Positions 26,491 to 35,105 of a stretch of DNA of 64,000 nt are shown here, piece by piece. The first letter of the stretch is position 1. The number at the start of each line of letters is the position of its first letter. The DNA is taken from assembly GCA_964458645.1 (NCBI GenBank), contig CAYWJU010000001.1, forward strand, positions 99,784 to 163,783, given 5' to 3'. Below the pieces are notes generated by a model. That model made no database searches, had not been told where the DNA came from, and saw nothing but the letters and a program-made list of their open reading frames with translations. Origin of the DNA: an uncultured Candidatus Peribacteria bacterium (GTDB taxonomy: Bacteria > Patescibacteriota > Gracilibacteria > Peribacterales > Peribacteraceae). Both the position numbers and the translations under genes were made by a program.

Positions 26491-26588
26491 CTGAGGAAAC
26501 CGAGGAAGCCGAAGAGTCCGGTGAAAGACTTGAAGCTATTACCTGTTCCTCGGAGTCGTCGGTTTCTTCGGATTCATCGAATTCCTCC
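26491..26588. repeat. triplet-periodic imperfect palindrome (about 98 bp) in the truB leader; homologous to 40088-40181
   Basis: The reverse complement reads GGAGGAATTCGATGAATCCGAAGAAACCGACGACTCCGAGGAA...CGGACTCTTCGGCTTCCTCGGTTTCCTCAG. It shares GAATCCGAAGAAACCGA and CGGACTCTT.GGCTTC.TCGG.TTCCTC with the trxB-leader copy. Confidence 0.65.
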
Positions 26589-26634
26589 ACGAGGGGCCTT
26601 TTACTACACCCTTCTCCCTTGTACTCTTTCCCCC

Positions 26635-27189
26635 ATGTCGCTCACCCTCAGCTGGGATCTGTTCGTCGTCGTGTTCTTCGCCATTATTACGTCGTACAGT
26701 TTCATCATCGGGAAAAACCAAGCCATGAAGGTGATTCTCGCCACCTATATTTCCATTATTGCCACGCAGGGCATTGGCAATGTGATTGTGCGTCTTACGG
26801 GTGAATCCACGGCACTGATGCAAGTCATGGGCGTGGCCTTCAACTTCACCGTATTGTCGGTGGTCAAAATTTTTCTGTTCGCCCTCTTTATTATCTTGTT
26901 CGCCATTCGCAGCGGCATCGATCTTACGTACAATCGCGAGTCGGGCACCACCATGAATGTGGTCTTCACGGCGCTGTTCGGTTTTGCAACGGCGGGACTG
27001 ATTGTGTCGACCATCCTTACATACGCCACAACGAATGGCATCATCTCGGCAAGCTCGTTGAGTGACGTTGCAGCCCAACCTATTTTACAAGGAAGTGCCC
27101 TAATGCAGCTTATGATCCTGAATCAGGACATTTGGTTCACATTACCTGCCTTTCTGATTATCGCTGCCGGATTCGCACATCGGGACTGA
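26635..27189 (+). CDS. multi-pass membrane protein (184 aa)
   Basis: Internal ATG (MSLTLSWDLFVVVFFAII...), five or six hydrophobic helices. The upstream part of the track ORF is the palindromic repeat. Confidence 0.65.
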   Translation: MSLTLSWDLFVVVFFAIITSYSFIIGKNQAMKVILATYISIIATQGIGNVIVRLTGESTALMQVMGVAFNFTVLSVVKIFLFALFIILFAIRSGIDLTYNRESGTTMNVVFTALFGFATAGLIVSTILTYATTNGIISASSLSDVAAQPILQGSALMQLMILNQDIWFTLPAFLIIAAGFAHRD

Positions 27190-27251
27190 AATGCACTTGC
27201 CTCCACGGGAGCCGGGAGGAATAATGAGCGAAAATCTTACTCCCCCAATCA

Positions 27252-27605
27252 ATGAAGAACGTTCTCACGAAAGTCACCGCAACGGCATCCGCCGCACTGC
27301 TGTCTTCACAGATGCTTGTCGAGCGCGTGTTCGCCGCACTGCCCAAGCCCCCCGGAGTTCCTGGTTTGTCCGGCCAAGCCGACATTAAGACAACGATCGT
27401 GGATCTCTTGAAGAACGTGTTGGACTTCATCACCATCATTGGTGTGGTGTTCGTGGTTATCGCCGGTATCCGCCTGATCATCTCGGGTGGTGACGAAGGA
27501 GAGAAGGACAAGGCAAAGAAGACCATCATCTACGTTATTGTGGGTATCATCGTGGTGCTCTTGGCTCGCGTGATCGTGGTGTTCGTCAACGACCTCATTA
27601 AGTAA
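27252..27605 (+). CDS. TrbC/VirB2-like pilin-type small membrane protein
   Basis: 117 aa. Signal-like N-terminus, then two hydrophobic helices separated by SGGDEGEKDKAKK. This layout is typical of conjugative or T4SS pilins. Confidence 0.5.
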   Translation: MKNVLTKVTATASAALLSSQMLVERVFAALPKPPGVPGLSGQADIKTTIVDLLKNVLDFITIIGVVFVVIAGIRLIISGGDEGEKDKAKKTIIYVIVGIIVVLLARVIVVFVNDLIK

Positions 27606-27625
27606 GGAGGTACTCAGTACGCATT

Positions 27626-27667
27626 CAAAAACGCTCTCTATAGCCAAGGCTACGGAGAGCGTTTTTT
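27626..27667. terminator. bidirectional rho-independent terminator between convergent genes
   Basis: AAAAA-CGCTCTC-TA-TAGCC-AA-GGCTA-CG-GAGAGCG-TTTTTT. Confidence 0.65.
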
Positions 27668-27689
27668 AGTAGCGAAGAAATTCCTATTG

Positions 27690-28253
27690 CTACATACGAG
27701 TGCTCGGTGTTGCCGGAACAACTTCGCTGAGAATCTTGGCAGGTGCTTCGGCAATTTCATCCGCAAGCACGCTGCGAGGCTTCAGCGGCTCACGAACGAT
27801 GATCGCTTTTTGCGTGACTTCAATAATGTCGCTGGCGGGTATTGGTCTTCCTTCCATGAAAAACCTACGCGGGAATAGCCATTCCAATTGAAAATGCTTG
27901 GTATCGAACTGGACATCGGAGCATGTGCCGAGTGTGCGCTTTGCACGCTGCGTAACAATCTTCTGGCCCAAGATCGGACGGGGATGTTCCAAAAGCGCCA
28001 CAAGGCGAATGAGATCCTGTGGCGGAGTGAGGCGGTCTTCACTACGAATGTGCACCTTGGTTCCCCACGACAGAATATCGGCGGCAAGCAGGAAAAGCTC
28101 CTGCCCTTCGAGGTACCCCATGCCAACAACGAAGAAGCCGACTACGTTGCCGGTATCCGGGTGCAGCAACACCCCAGAGATGCCGCCAAGCGTCTGCTGG
28201 GTCTGCTCATCGACGACCGGAGTGCCGCGGACAATGGAAAACCGCACGTGCAT
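27690..28253 (-). CDS. PRC-barrel domain protein (two barrels)
   Basis: 187 aa. RGTPVVDEQTQQTLGGISGVLLHPDTGNVVGFFV and a second similar segment. Confidence 0.55.
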   Translation of the reverse strand: MHVRFSIVRGTPVVDEQTQQTLGGISGVLLHPDTGNVVGFFVVGMGYLEGQELFLLAADILSWGTKVHIRSEDRLTPPQDLIRLVALLEHPRPILGQKIVTQRAKRTLGTCSDVQFDTKHFQLEWLFPRRFFMEGRPIPASDIIEVTQKAIIVREPLKPRSVLADEIAEAPAKILSEVVPATPSTRM

Positions 28254-28273
28254 GAGCTATACTATAGCTCGAC

Positions 28274-29197
28274 ATGCATTTCTTCGCAGGATCATCCCAC
28301 CCGGCACTTGCCAAAGCTCTCGCCAAAGAGCTGAACACGACGCTCGGGAAGATTACGCTGAAGCACTTCAACTGCGGCGAGCGCTACGTACGCTACGAGG
28401 AGTCCATTCGCGGGAAAGAGGTGTTCCTGCTGCAGACCGGCGCCAACCCGAATGAAGACATGATGGAGCTGTTTCTGATGATTCAGGCCGCCAAGCTCAG
28501 TTTCGCCAAGGCCGTTCATGTGATTTTGCCGCATTTCCCATACGCCCGTCAGGACCGCGTTGCCCTGCCGCGCGAGCCGATCTCGGCCAAGCTGATTGCC
28601 CACTTGCTGGAAGCATCCGGCGCCGACCACGTGATTACGGTCGATTTGCACTCGGATCAAATTCAAGGCTTCTTCCAGGTACCGGTCGACGCACTGGACG
28701 CCCGCATGGTGCTGGCCAAATACGTAAAGGAAAAGAATTTGAAGGATGTGACCGTGGTAGCCCCAGACGCCGGCGGCGCTAAGCGCGCCAAGAAGTTCGC
28801 CGATTTGATTGGCGCGGAGTTGGCTGTCATGCACAAGCACCGCGAAGCGCACCACAAGGCGCAGATTCTGGAGGTAGCCGGCGACATCGACGGACGGACG
28901 TGCATTATCTTCGACGATATGATTGATACCGGCAGCACGCTGGCACCCGCTCGTGAGGCGCTTATTCAGCGCAATGCCAACAAAGACGTCTATGCCGCAG
29001 TCACGCACCCGGTGTTCTCCGGCAAAGCCGTGGAAAACCTGAGCAAGGCAGGGTTCAAAGAAGTCATCGTCACCGACACCATGCCGACCGAAGGAAAGAC
29101 GTTCAAGGGCCTTACTGTACTGTCCATTGCCCCGCTGCTCGCGGAAGTGATCAATAACGTAGTGACTGGCCAGAGCGTGACGAAGATGTACAGTTAA
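28274..29197 (+). CDS. prs: ribose-phosphate pyrophosphokinase
   Basis: YARQDR, VITVDLHS, and the PRPP loop IIFDDMIDTGSTL. Confidence 0.95.
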   Translation: MHFFAGSSHPALAKALAKELNTTLGKITLKHFNCGERYVRYEESIRGKEVFLLQTGANPNEDMMELFLMIQAAKLSFAKAVHVILPHFPYARQDRVALPREPISAKLIAHLLEASGADHVITVDLHSDQIQGFFQVPVDALDARMVLAKYVKEKNLKDVTVVAPDAGGAKRAKKFADLIGAELAVMHKHREAHHKAQILEVAGDIDGRTCIIFDDMIDTGSTLAPAREALIQRNANKDVYAAVTHPVFSGKAVENLSKAGFKEVIVTDTMPTEGKTFKGLTVLSIAPLLAEVINNVVTGQSVTKMYS

Positions 29198-29287
29198 GCC
29201 GAGGGGTTCCAGTTGACCAATCCCCCACTCTTTCGTACCCTCTGTTGGCTACAGAGACTAGGTTCCTTAACTCATCGACGTTATTAC

Positions 29288-29309
29288 CATGGGCGACTAG
29301 CTCAGCTGG
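29288..29309 (+). repeat. perfect 22-bp duplicate of the tRNA-Ile 5' end (positions -3 to +19), 98 bp upstream of the gene
   Basis: CATGGGCGACTAGCTCAGCTGG occurs at 29288-29309 and again at 29386-29407. The upstream copy is followed by CCTA and the hairpin GGCTTCC-GAA-GGAAGCC (29314-29330). Confidence 0.85.
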
Positions 29310-29388
29310 CCTAGGCTTCCGAAGGAAGCCGTCGTAATCAAAAAGCCGCCGCGCGATCGTCCGAGAGACCCTTTGCAACACAAGACAT

Positions 29389-29465
29389 GGGCGACTAGCT
29401 CAGCTGGTTAGAGCGCGACACTGATAATGTCGAGGTCGGCAGTTCAAGTCTGCCGTCGCCCACCA
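29389..29465 (+). tRNA. tRNA-Ile (anticodon GAT), CCA encoded
   Basis: GGGCGAC TA GCTC AGCTGGTTA GAGC G CGACA CTGATAA TGTCG AGGTC GGCAG TTCAAGT CTGCC GTCGCCC A CCA. Confidence 0.93.
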
Positions 29466-29606
29466 TTAATTCCTACTCACACAAACATGTTAGCAAAATT
29501 TTTGTTTTCTCCTGCCCCTTCGACCTTTATCGCCTGAACAGTTCAGTGCCGTCACCACTCTCCACAGGAGTAATCAAATGGAGGGTCGCATGCAAATGCG
29601 GAAGGG

Positions 29607-30287
29607 TTACTTCGCCTTGGGTACATCACCCACCTCCGGAGATGCCACCTTCTTTTTAAACGCGGCCAATCTCCCAATTAAAGTGTCATATTGATAAATC
29701 GCTTTCAGAATCTCTTTTGTTACATCTATTGCTAATGACACTTCGTCTGAACCAACATCCTCAAAAATTTTTGCCTCAATGTGTGCAGCATCATTGCCCA
29801 GTAATCTTAAGTCATCCATTCCTTCGAGTAGGGGCTTTGGTAATGTAACTGAATCCCTCAGAGCTGCAATCCGCGCTTTTAGATCTTTCCCTTTAGCAGA
29901 ATGTAATTCACACAATTCTTCTAGTGTCCTCCGAACCATCATGGCCGCTGCTTTATGGCAACCCTCCGCGTGACAGGTAATTGCTTCGGAAAGAGTCGCA
30001 ATTATTGCGGGAGGAATATTTTCTTTATTGAAATCAATTCTCCTAGAAGGAACTACTGCAAGTATCTCATTGCTGCCATTTAATAAACAAAAAACATGCG
30101 CGTAGCATTTTGGATTCGGACACATTCTGTGACCAAATTTTCGAGTTATGCTCGGATATTGCCCCACCATTCCGACGTCTCTTAACCCAACAGGATCAAA
30201 AGTGCCATCATTTCCACAATACGGACATCTCATTGCCAATTTCCCGGCGTCAAAGCTGTGGCAAGAGCTAATATTTACATATTCCAT
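29607..30287 (-). CDS. DUF4145-like protein with an N-terminal zinc ribbon, on a low-GC patch
   Basis: CPYCGNDG...CPNPKC, then a helical C-terminal domain (EAITCHAEGCHKAAAMMVRRTLEELC...LRLLGNDAAH) typical of DUF4145. GC is about 42 %. Confidence 0.65.
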   Translation of the reverse strand: MEYVNISSCHSFDAGKLAMRCPYCGNDGTFDPVGLRDVGMVGQYPSITRKFGHRMCPNPKCYAHVFCLLNGSNEILAVVPSRRIDFNKENIPPAIIATLSEAITCHAEGCHKAAAMMVRRTLEELCELHSAKGKDLKARIAALRDSVTLPKPLLEGMDDLRLLGNDAAHIEAKIFEDVGSDEVSLAIDVTKEILKAIYQYDTLIGRLAAFKKKVASPEVGDVPKAK

Positions 30288-30366
30288 ATTCTGAATTATA
30301 ACCCTTATTACTGAAACTTTCTAAGAGCATAAGAAAACCAATACAGGACCTGCTATCCTATTTCCC

Positions 30367-30771
30367 ATGAGCCAATACCAAGCCCCCGCCTGGGAACGCG
30401 TGACCGACTTGCTGGCCGGGTTCTTTAACTACGGCGTAGCCGGCATCGGCGGTGTGGGGATCATTGTGTACCAGGCCGTCATCTGGTTCCTCTACACCAC
30501 GTTCAACTACATGTCGCTGGAGTGGTTCTTTAAAACCATGAATGTGCCGTTCTTCACGGATTCGCAGTCGTGGTACAGCCACCCGGACAAGTGGGAGCAA
30601 TTCCACCGATACTTTGTGCCGTTCTTTCAATGGATGCCGCTCTCCATCACGCTCATCATCGTCGGCAAATTCATCGGCGGTTGGATCGACGACAAAGCCA
30701 TGAACTACGGCCGCGCGCACCGCAGGCCGAATACCGACAATCTCCCCGGTACACGAGGGTTGGGGGCTTAA
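30367..30771 (+). CDS. small membrane protein (134 aa), hypothetical
   Basis: Two or three hydrophobic helices. Aromatic-rich (W/F/Y). Confidence 0.5.
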   Translation: MSQYQAPAWERVTDLLAGFFNYGVAGIGGVGIIVYQAVIWFLYTTFNYMSLEWFFKTMNVPFFTDSQSWYSHPDKWEQFHRYFVPFFQWMPLSITLIIVGKFIGGWIDDKAMNYGRAHRRPNTDNLPGTRGLGA

Positions 30772-31688
30772 GACTTGCAAAGCACGTGATTGCGCTGACT
30801 CTCTTTGCCGAACGGCAATGCTTCGCGTAAGTCCGCACCAAGCAGCTTGGCGCGCAGTGCGTCGACCACGCGGCGGCAGACTACGCCCACCACATCGCGG
30901 ATGTACGGATCAGGTTCTTTCTGAGGGTCGGCGCGACGGGCAATCTCCAGGCGCATTTCAGCCGGAACACTGTCTGGCCAGAACGGCTCCGTTCCCTGCA
31001 GATACGAGTGGCAGCACGTCATCACCGCCGTCACATCCGGCCTCTGCTCTGTAGGCAGCCTGGCAACGTTGGCGAACACGAAATCCGTCAGCGCGCCGCA
31101 AGCATGCTTGGCTAGCGCGTGGGTTTTGCCCGCGGGCTTACGCGATACATCGGCATGAACGACATCCGAAGCCTGGAACCCCAATGGCGACGTAAGCTGC
31201 AGCCAACGACGGATCCATTCATGACCTTCCTGTCGTCCGGGTTCCAGTTCCCAGCACGTTCCAGTGGTGGCCGCGCCAAGCTTTTCACGCAGAAATGCCA
31301 CGTACAGCGCGACGGCACCTTTGCCACCACACACGTCGTGAACGTGTAGCACACCGCCTTCATCGACCGTATTCGCGACATCGGCCAGCGCCACGGCCTC
31401 GCGGATCTTCGCCGAGTTCCACTTGGTAAGTCCGTGATGCACACCGCGCATGGTGCGCCAGACGGAGCGACTTACTCCCAAGACTGCCGGAGGAGGCGGA
31501 TCTGCCCCCAATGCAGCATTGATGGCAGTCACACGCGTCTCGATTCCTGCCATTCTGGACGCATCGAACGTCTGAAAGAACGCGTGCAATCCTTCGGCTG
31601 ACGCAAGATCCGCCAGAGCCTGCTCCACACCTACGCCACCGGCACCTAGGCGCAGGTCGTCAGTCATGGAGAACTCTTTTTCATTCAT
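30768..31688 (-). CDS. SAM-dependent methyltransferase (Methyltransf_32/METTL25-like)
   Basis: Motif I VHDVCGGKGAV and a downstream KHACGALTD. The start is chosen at MNEKEF; the track ORF runs to 31763 through an AT-rich promoter region. Confidence 0.55.
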   Translation of the reverse strand: MNEKEFSMTDDLRLGAGGVGVEQALADLASAEGLHAFFQTFDASRMAGIETRVTAINAALGADPPPPAVLGVSRSVWRTMRGVHHGLTKWNSAKIREAVALADVANTVDEGGVLHVHDVCGGKGAVALYVAFLREKLGAATTGTCWELEPGRQEGHEWIRRWLQLTSPLGFQASDVVHADVSRKPAGKTHALAKHACGALTDFVFANVARLPTEQRPDVTAVMTCCHSYLQGTEPFWPDSVPAEMRLEIARRADPQKEPDPYIRDVVGVVCRRVVDALRAKLLGADLREALPFGKESQRNHVLCKS

Positions 31689-31769
31689 ATAAATCATATT
31701 TAAACATATTTTTACAATTTGTAAATACTCATCCGTGCTAGACTTGGTCCAATTTCCACCCAAAGAACC

Positions 31770-32222
31770 ATGCGCGCGCTTTCCACTGTATCTTTGCTCT
31801 TGGCCACCACGCTCGGATTGGCTGCCTGCATACCCTCACAGCCTTCCAATGGAGCTGCTTCAGCATCTTCTGCTGCAAGCAGTATGACTTCCAGTACAAC
31901 GGACACGGAGGCACTGCTTCAGAAGTTGAACGTCAAAAATGGCGACACACTCACGAGCGGTATGTTTGTAACCGGTGAGGCGCGGGGCAATTGGTACTTC
32001 GAAGGCTCGTTCCCGGTGCGACTTGTGGATGAACGAGGCGCAACGTTGGCCCAAACGACGGCACAGGCTCAAGGGGAATGGATGACTGAAGACTTCGTCC
32101 CCTTCTCCGCACAACTCACGTTCACGACGACGGCGAAGAACGGAACACTCATTCTGAGAAACGACAATCCATCAGGCATGCCGGAGAACGACAAGATCCT
32201 GGAGATCTCGGTCGTCTTTTAG
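31770..32222 (+). CDS. lipoprotein with a Gmad2-type immunoglobulin-like domain
   Basis: Lipobox LAAC, a Ser-rich linker, then GEARGNWYFEGSFPVRLVDERG...GEWMTEDFVPF. Confidence 0.6.
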   Translation: MRALSTVSLLLATTLGLAACIPSQPSNGAASASSAASSMTSSTTDTEALLQKLNVKNGDTLTSGMFVTGEARGNWYFEGSFPVRLVDERGATLAQTTAQAQGEWMTEDFVPFSAQLTFTTTAKNGTLILRNDNPSGMPENDKILEISVVF

Positions 32223-32422
32223 TGCTGCAAGAACAGCAGCGCCGAAAACGTGTATGGAAAATATCCGAAAAAGCTGACACCAAATGCTGAAAAACGTCTG
32301 TTCAAAAAATGTGCACAAAATGAGATTTCGTCATAGATAAACTGTTTTGTACAAGCGAAAATCTTGCAAAAAGCACCCTGAAAGAATGTAATAACCAAAG
32401 TTTCATTTCCCCACATTTTCCT

Positions 32423-32698
32423 ATGTGTAGTAAGAAGTGTCCCATCGGCATGGTTGCCTGCCTGCTCGTTGTCGTCGGTGCCCTGAACTGGGGACTCGTC
32501 GGTATCAGCATGCTTATGGGCAAGGGTTCCGAATGGAACCTGGTACACATGCTGCTCGGTCAGTGGATGACCGTCGAAGCCGTTGTCTACGCCCTTGTGG
32601 GTCTGGCCGGCGTGTACAAGCTCGTCATGAGCTGCAAGTGCTGCAGCGGTGGTTGCAAGTGCGGCAATACTGCCTGCACAGGCGGTTGCGCCAAATAA
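32423..32698 (+). CDS. DUF378 family membrane protein with a Cys-rich C-terminal tail
   Basis: VVGALNWGLVG and YALVGLAGVY are DUF378 hallmarks. The tail is SCKCCSGGCKCGNTACTGGCAK. Confidence 0.75.
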   Translation: MCSKKCPIGMVACLLVVVGALNWGLVGISMLMGKGSEWNLVHMLLGQWMTVEAVVYALVGLAGVYKLVMSCKCCSGGCKCGNTACTGGCAK

Positions 32699-32715
32699 TC
32701 AGACTTCAACGTCGC

Positions 32716-32746
32716 AAAGAGGCCTCACCGAACGGGGGGCCTTTTT
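32716..32746. terminator. candidate bidirectional terminator between convergent genes
   Basis: AAAGAGGCC-N13-GGCCTTTTT. Confidence 0.4.
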
Positions 32747-32749
32747 GTT

Positions 32750-34276
32750 TTAGAGCCCTGCAAGGAACTGCTCCAGTGTCAGCGTATTCGGCAGCAGCTG
32801 ATCTGCTACGACGATACGATCGAGCGTTGCGCTCATGGGGTGATACGTGAATTCAAACGATAAATCGCCTTTACGGGTGGCAAAGTACACGCCAATCACG
32901 CGCACGGCATCCGCTTGATTCGCAGGAATCACAAACGAAGTCGTAGGCGTTAACATGCCGCCGTGTTCTAGTACCGCCTGCTTGGTCATGCCAATGAGCT
33001 CTTCCGGCGTACGAGTGGAAACAGCAGGTGCGCTGGACGACGCTTTGGCGGCAACGCGTGCAGGCGTAGGCAACGCACGGACTTCGGCATCGTGCAGTGC
33101 TTTCGCTACAGCAGCACGCTCTGCATCGCTGAGCAACGGCGTAGCGAATGCAACGCTCTGGCGAATGGCGTCTTCCCAGAGTCGTGCATGACGTGGAAAA
33201 CCACGATCTTCAATGAGTGGCGGCAGCGAGCTGGCCCCGGAGAGTAACGGCAAAGCCGATGAAGGGTCTGCGGTCACAGCACGTTCCACAAGGCGCTGCC
33301 AACGAGTCACGAAGACGTCCGGCAATGGCAGAACGGATGCATGTTCAATATCGGCAAGCAGTTGGGCCCAGCGCACGGCATCGTCACCGACCGTGAAGGC
33401 ATCGGCAAGGACGGACTCCGTCCTTTCGTCTGCGCCGGGAGTCAGTCCAAGGCCGTACGAAATGCTGAGCAGTCGATCCATCGGTACGTCCCCGCTTATG
33501 CTTCGCACGCAATGGAGCGCTACGGCGATTGCGTCCGCATCGGCTCGGCGCATGCGGCCGATTTCCGCCACGATGGCGGACACTGCCGGACGATGGAGCT
33601 CGGACGACAATACCTGTTCGTACGTTGCGTCACGAACGAAGACCAGTGCCTTGGCATAGTCTTTGGCATCCATGGCGTCGCGCAGTAGCCGCAGCGGAGA
33701 GTCATCTGCAATGACGGTACGCAAATCTACACCCTCTTCCGATAACGCTTCCATGCGAGCCGCGTAATCCTGCAGCCAACGCTGTGGAACCAACGATCGC
33801 TGCAAAGACAGATTGTGATCCGTCGGTACCCGAAGTTGCTCTCCGGCCGTGAGGATCGTCAATTCGCCGCGAACCGTTACTGCGATCGGTGCCGAAAGCG
33901 CCACAACCAATGCATTGGCATCGTCGTGGAACGCGTACCAACCGGTACGTACTCCGTCGACTGTCACTGCATCCCCTATCTGCATGCGCAAATAGCCGCT
34001 GGTGCGCACAACCACCGTACCGCTGCGCAAGTGTGTCGTGGCACCGTTGCGTTCCAGCATGCTGTGAACATCGAGTACGCCATGAATGCCGGGGGTCCCG
34101 GTAAATTCCAAAATCCGTGAGTTGGACTCTACTATGTCACCGTCTTGAAGAATGCCGACTGACTGTGAATCCATCGCCTGACTCCTGTCCATGCCCGGAT
34201 GCGACGAAAGTACCAGCATCAGCAATGCCAATGTCAGAGGAACGGCCACAAAATGACGATGTGATCGCAAGGTCAT
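32750..34276 (-). CDS. membrane-anchored or secreted hypothetical protein (508 aa) with a FecR-like beta domain
   Basis: Start set at MTLRSHRHFVAVPLTLALLMLVL. The first roughly 150 extracytoplasmic residues look FecR-like by eye; the remainder is helical. Confidence 0.6.
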   Translation of the reverse strand: MTLRSHRHFVAVPLTLALLMLVLSSHPGMDRSQAMDSQSVGILQDGDIVESNSRILEFTGTPGIHGVLDVHSMLERNGATTHLRSGTVVVRTSGYLRMQIGDAVTVDGVRTGWYAFHDDANALVVALSAPIAVTVRGELTILTAGEQLRVPTDHNLSLQRSLVPQRWLQDYAARMEALSEEGVDLRTVIADDSPLRLLRDAMDAKDYAKALVFVRDATYEQVLSSELHRPAVSAIVAEIGRMRRADADAIAVALHCVRSISGDVPMDRLLSISYGLGLTPGADERTESVLADAFTVGDDAVRWAQLLADIEHASVLPLPDVFVTRWQRLVERAVTADPSSALPLLSGASSLPPLIEDRGFPRHARLWEDAIRQSVAFATPLLSDAERAAVAKALHDAEVRALPTPARVAAKASSSAPAVSTRTPEELIGMTKQAVLEHGGMLTPTTSFVIPANQADAVRVIGVYFATRKGDLSFEFTYHPMSATLDRIVVADQLLPNTLTLEQFLAGL

Positions 34277-34343
34277 GAAAGGAAGTGTTTTCCTCTCAGT
34301 ATAGCAGAAACTAGCCTTCCGAGGAAGGCTGAGCTGCATGGGA

Positions 34344-34982
34344 TTAGCGTGTCGGGGGCGGCACGCGATCCGGCCCTGCTGCGCTAAACATACCGGAATC
34401 CTGTACATGCTTGTTGGTACGCTGCACGTCTCGTAACAGTCCGTCCATGCCGCCGCCTCCAATCCTCAGCCTGGAGCCCAAACCACCAATAAACCGTTGA
34501 GCATTCCGAGACAGATCTGTCACACCCTGTCGCACACCGTCATTGGTCTGCGCAATAACTGCGGCACGAACGTTCGGCGAAAGATCTCTCGTCGCAAGAA
34601 TGCGATTCGCCAACGCCAACTTTTCGGCCGTCGTCATAGTGGTATTCGGGTCATTCAGTCCTCGCATGATTCCGGCGTCACGCATGCCACGGATGCGGCC
34701 GCTCAGCCACGGAAACCAGTTGGTACGACCGACCATGGAGTTTGCAAAATCTAGCTGTTCACCGGGGGCCATGGCATCGAAGCGCTGCTTCGCAACCACG
34801 CCTCCGACTGCCGTTGCGCCTACCACAGCAATGCCAGTTGCCAGCAACGCTTTCATTTTCGGGCTCATACCCTTCTTCAATTTTTTACTTTCGGCAGGTG
34901 CAAGAATTTTCCTCTCGCGCTGCTCAGGCAAACGACTGCGCAGTCGTGTCTCGCGTTCTGGTGAAGCAGCGGAAGCGGGCAT
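34344..34982 (-). CDS. hypothetical single-pass membrane protein (212 aa)
   Basis: Start set at MPASAASPERE. TM helix ALLATGIAVVGATAVGGVV. It lies 67 bp upstream of the 508-aa gene on the same strand. Confidence 0.55.
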   Translation of the reverse strand: MPASAASPERETRLRSRLPEQRERKILAPAESKKLKKGMSPKMKALLATGIAVVGATAVGGVVAKQRFDAMAPGEQLDFANSMVGRTNWFPWLSGRIRGMRDAGIMRGLNDPNTTMTTAEKLALANRILATRDLSPNVRAAVIAQTNDGVRQGVTDLSRNAQRFIGGLGSRLRIGGGGMDGLLRDVQRTNKHVQDSGMFSAAGPDRVPPPTR

Positions 34983-35105
34983 AGATACAGAATACGATAC
35001 GGAGATTTGGCAAAAGGACAAGCTTCTTCCATCCTCGTGGCTTATCACGGCGATCGCGACCGCCGTGACTTGACGAAGCGAAAAGCAGCCGCGTAGGGTC
35101 GCTCC

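Noticed and set aside
25145-26494. A 449-aa plus-strand ORF.
   Set aside because: It is antisense to truB and the 152-aa downstream gene. The composition is typical of non-coding frames (R, G, H and Q rich).
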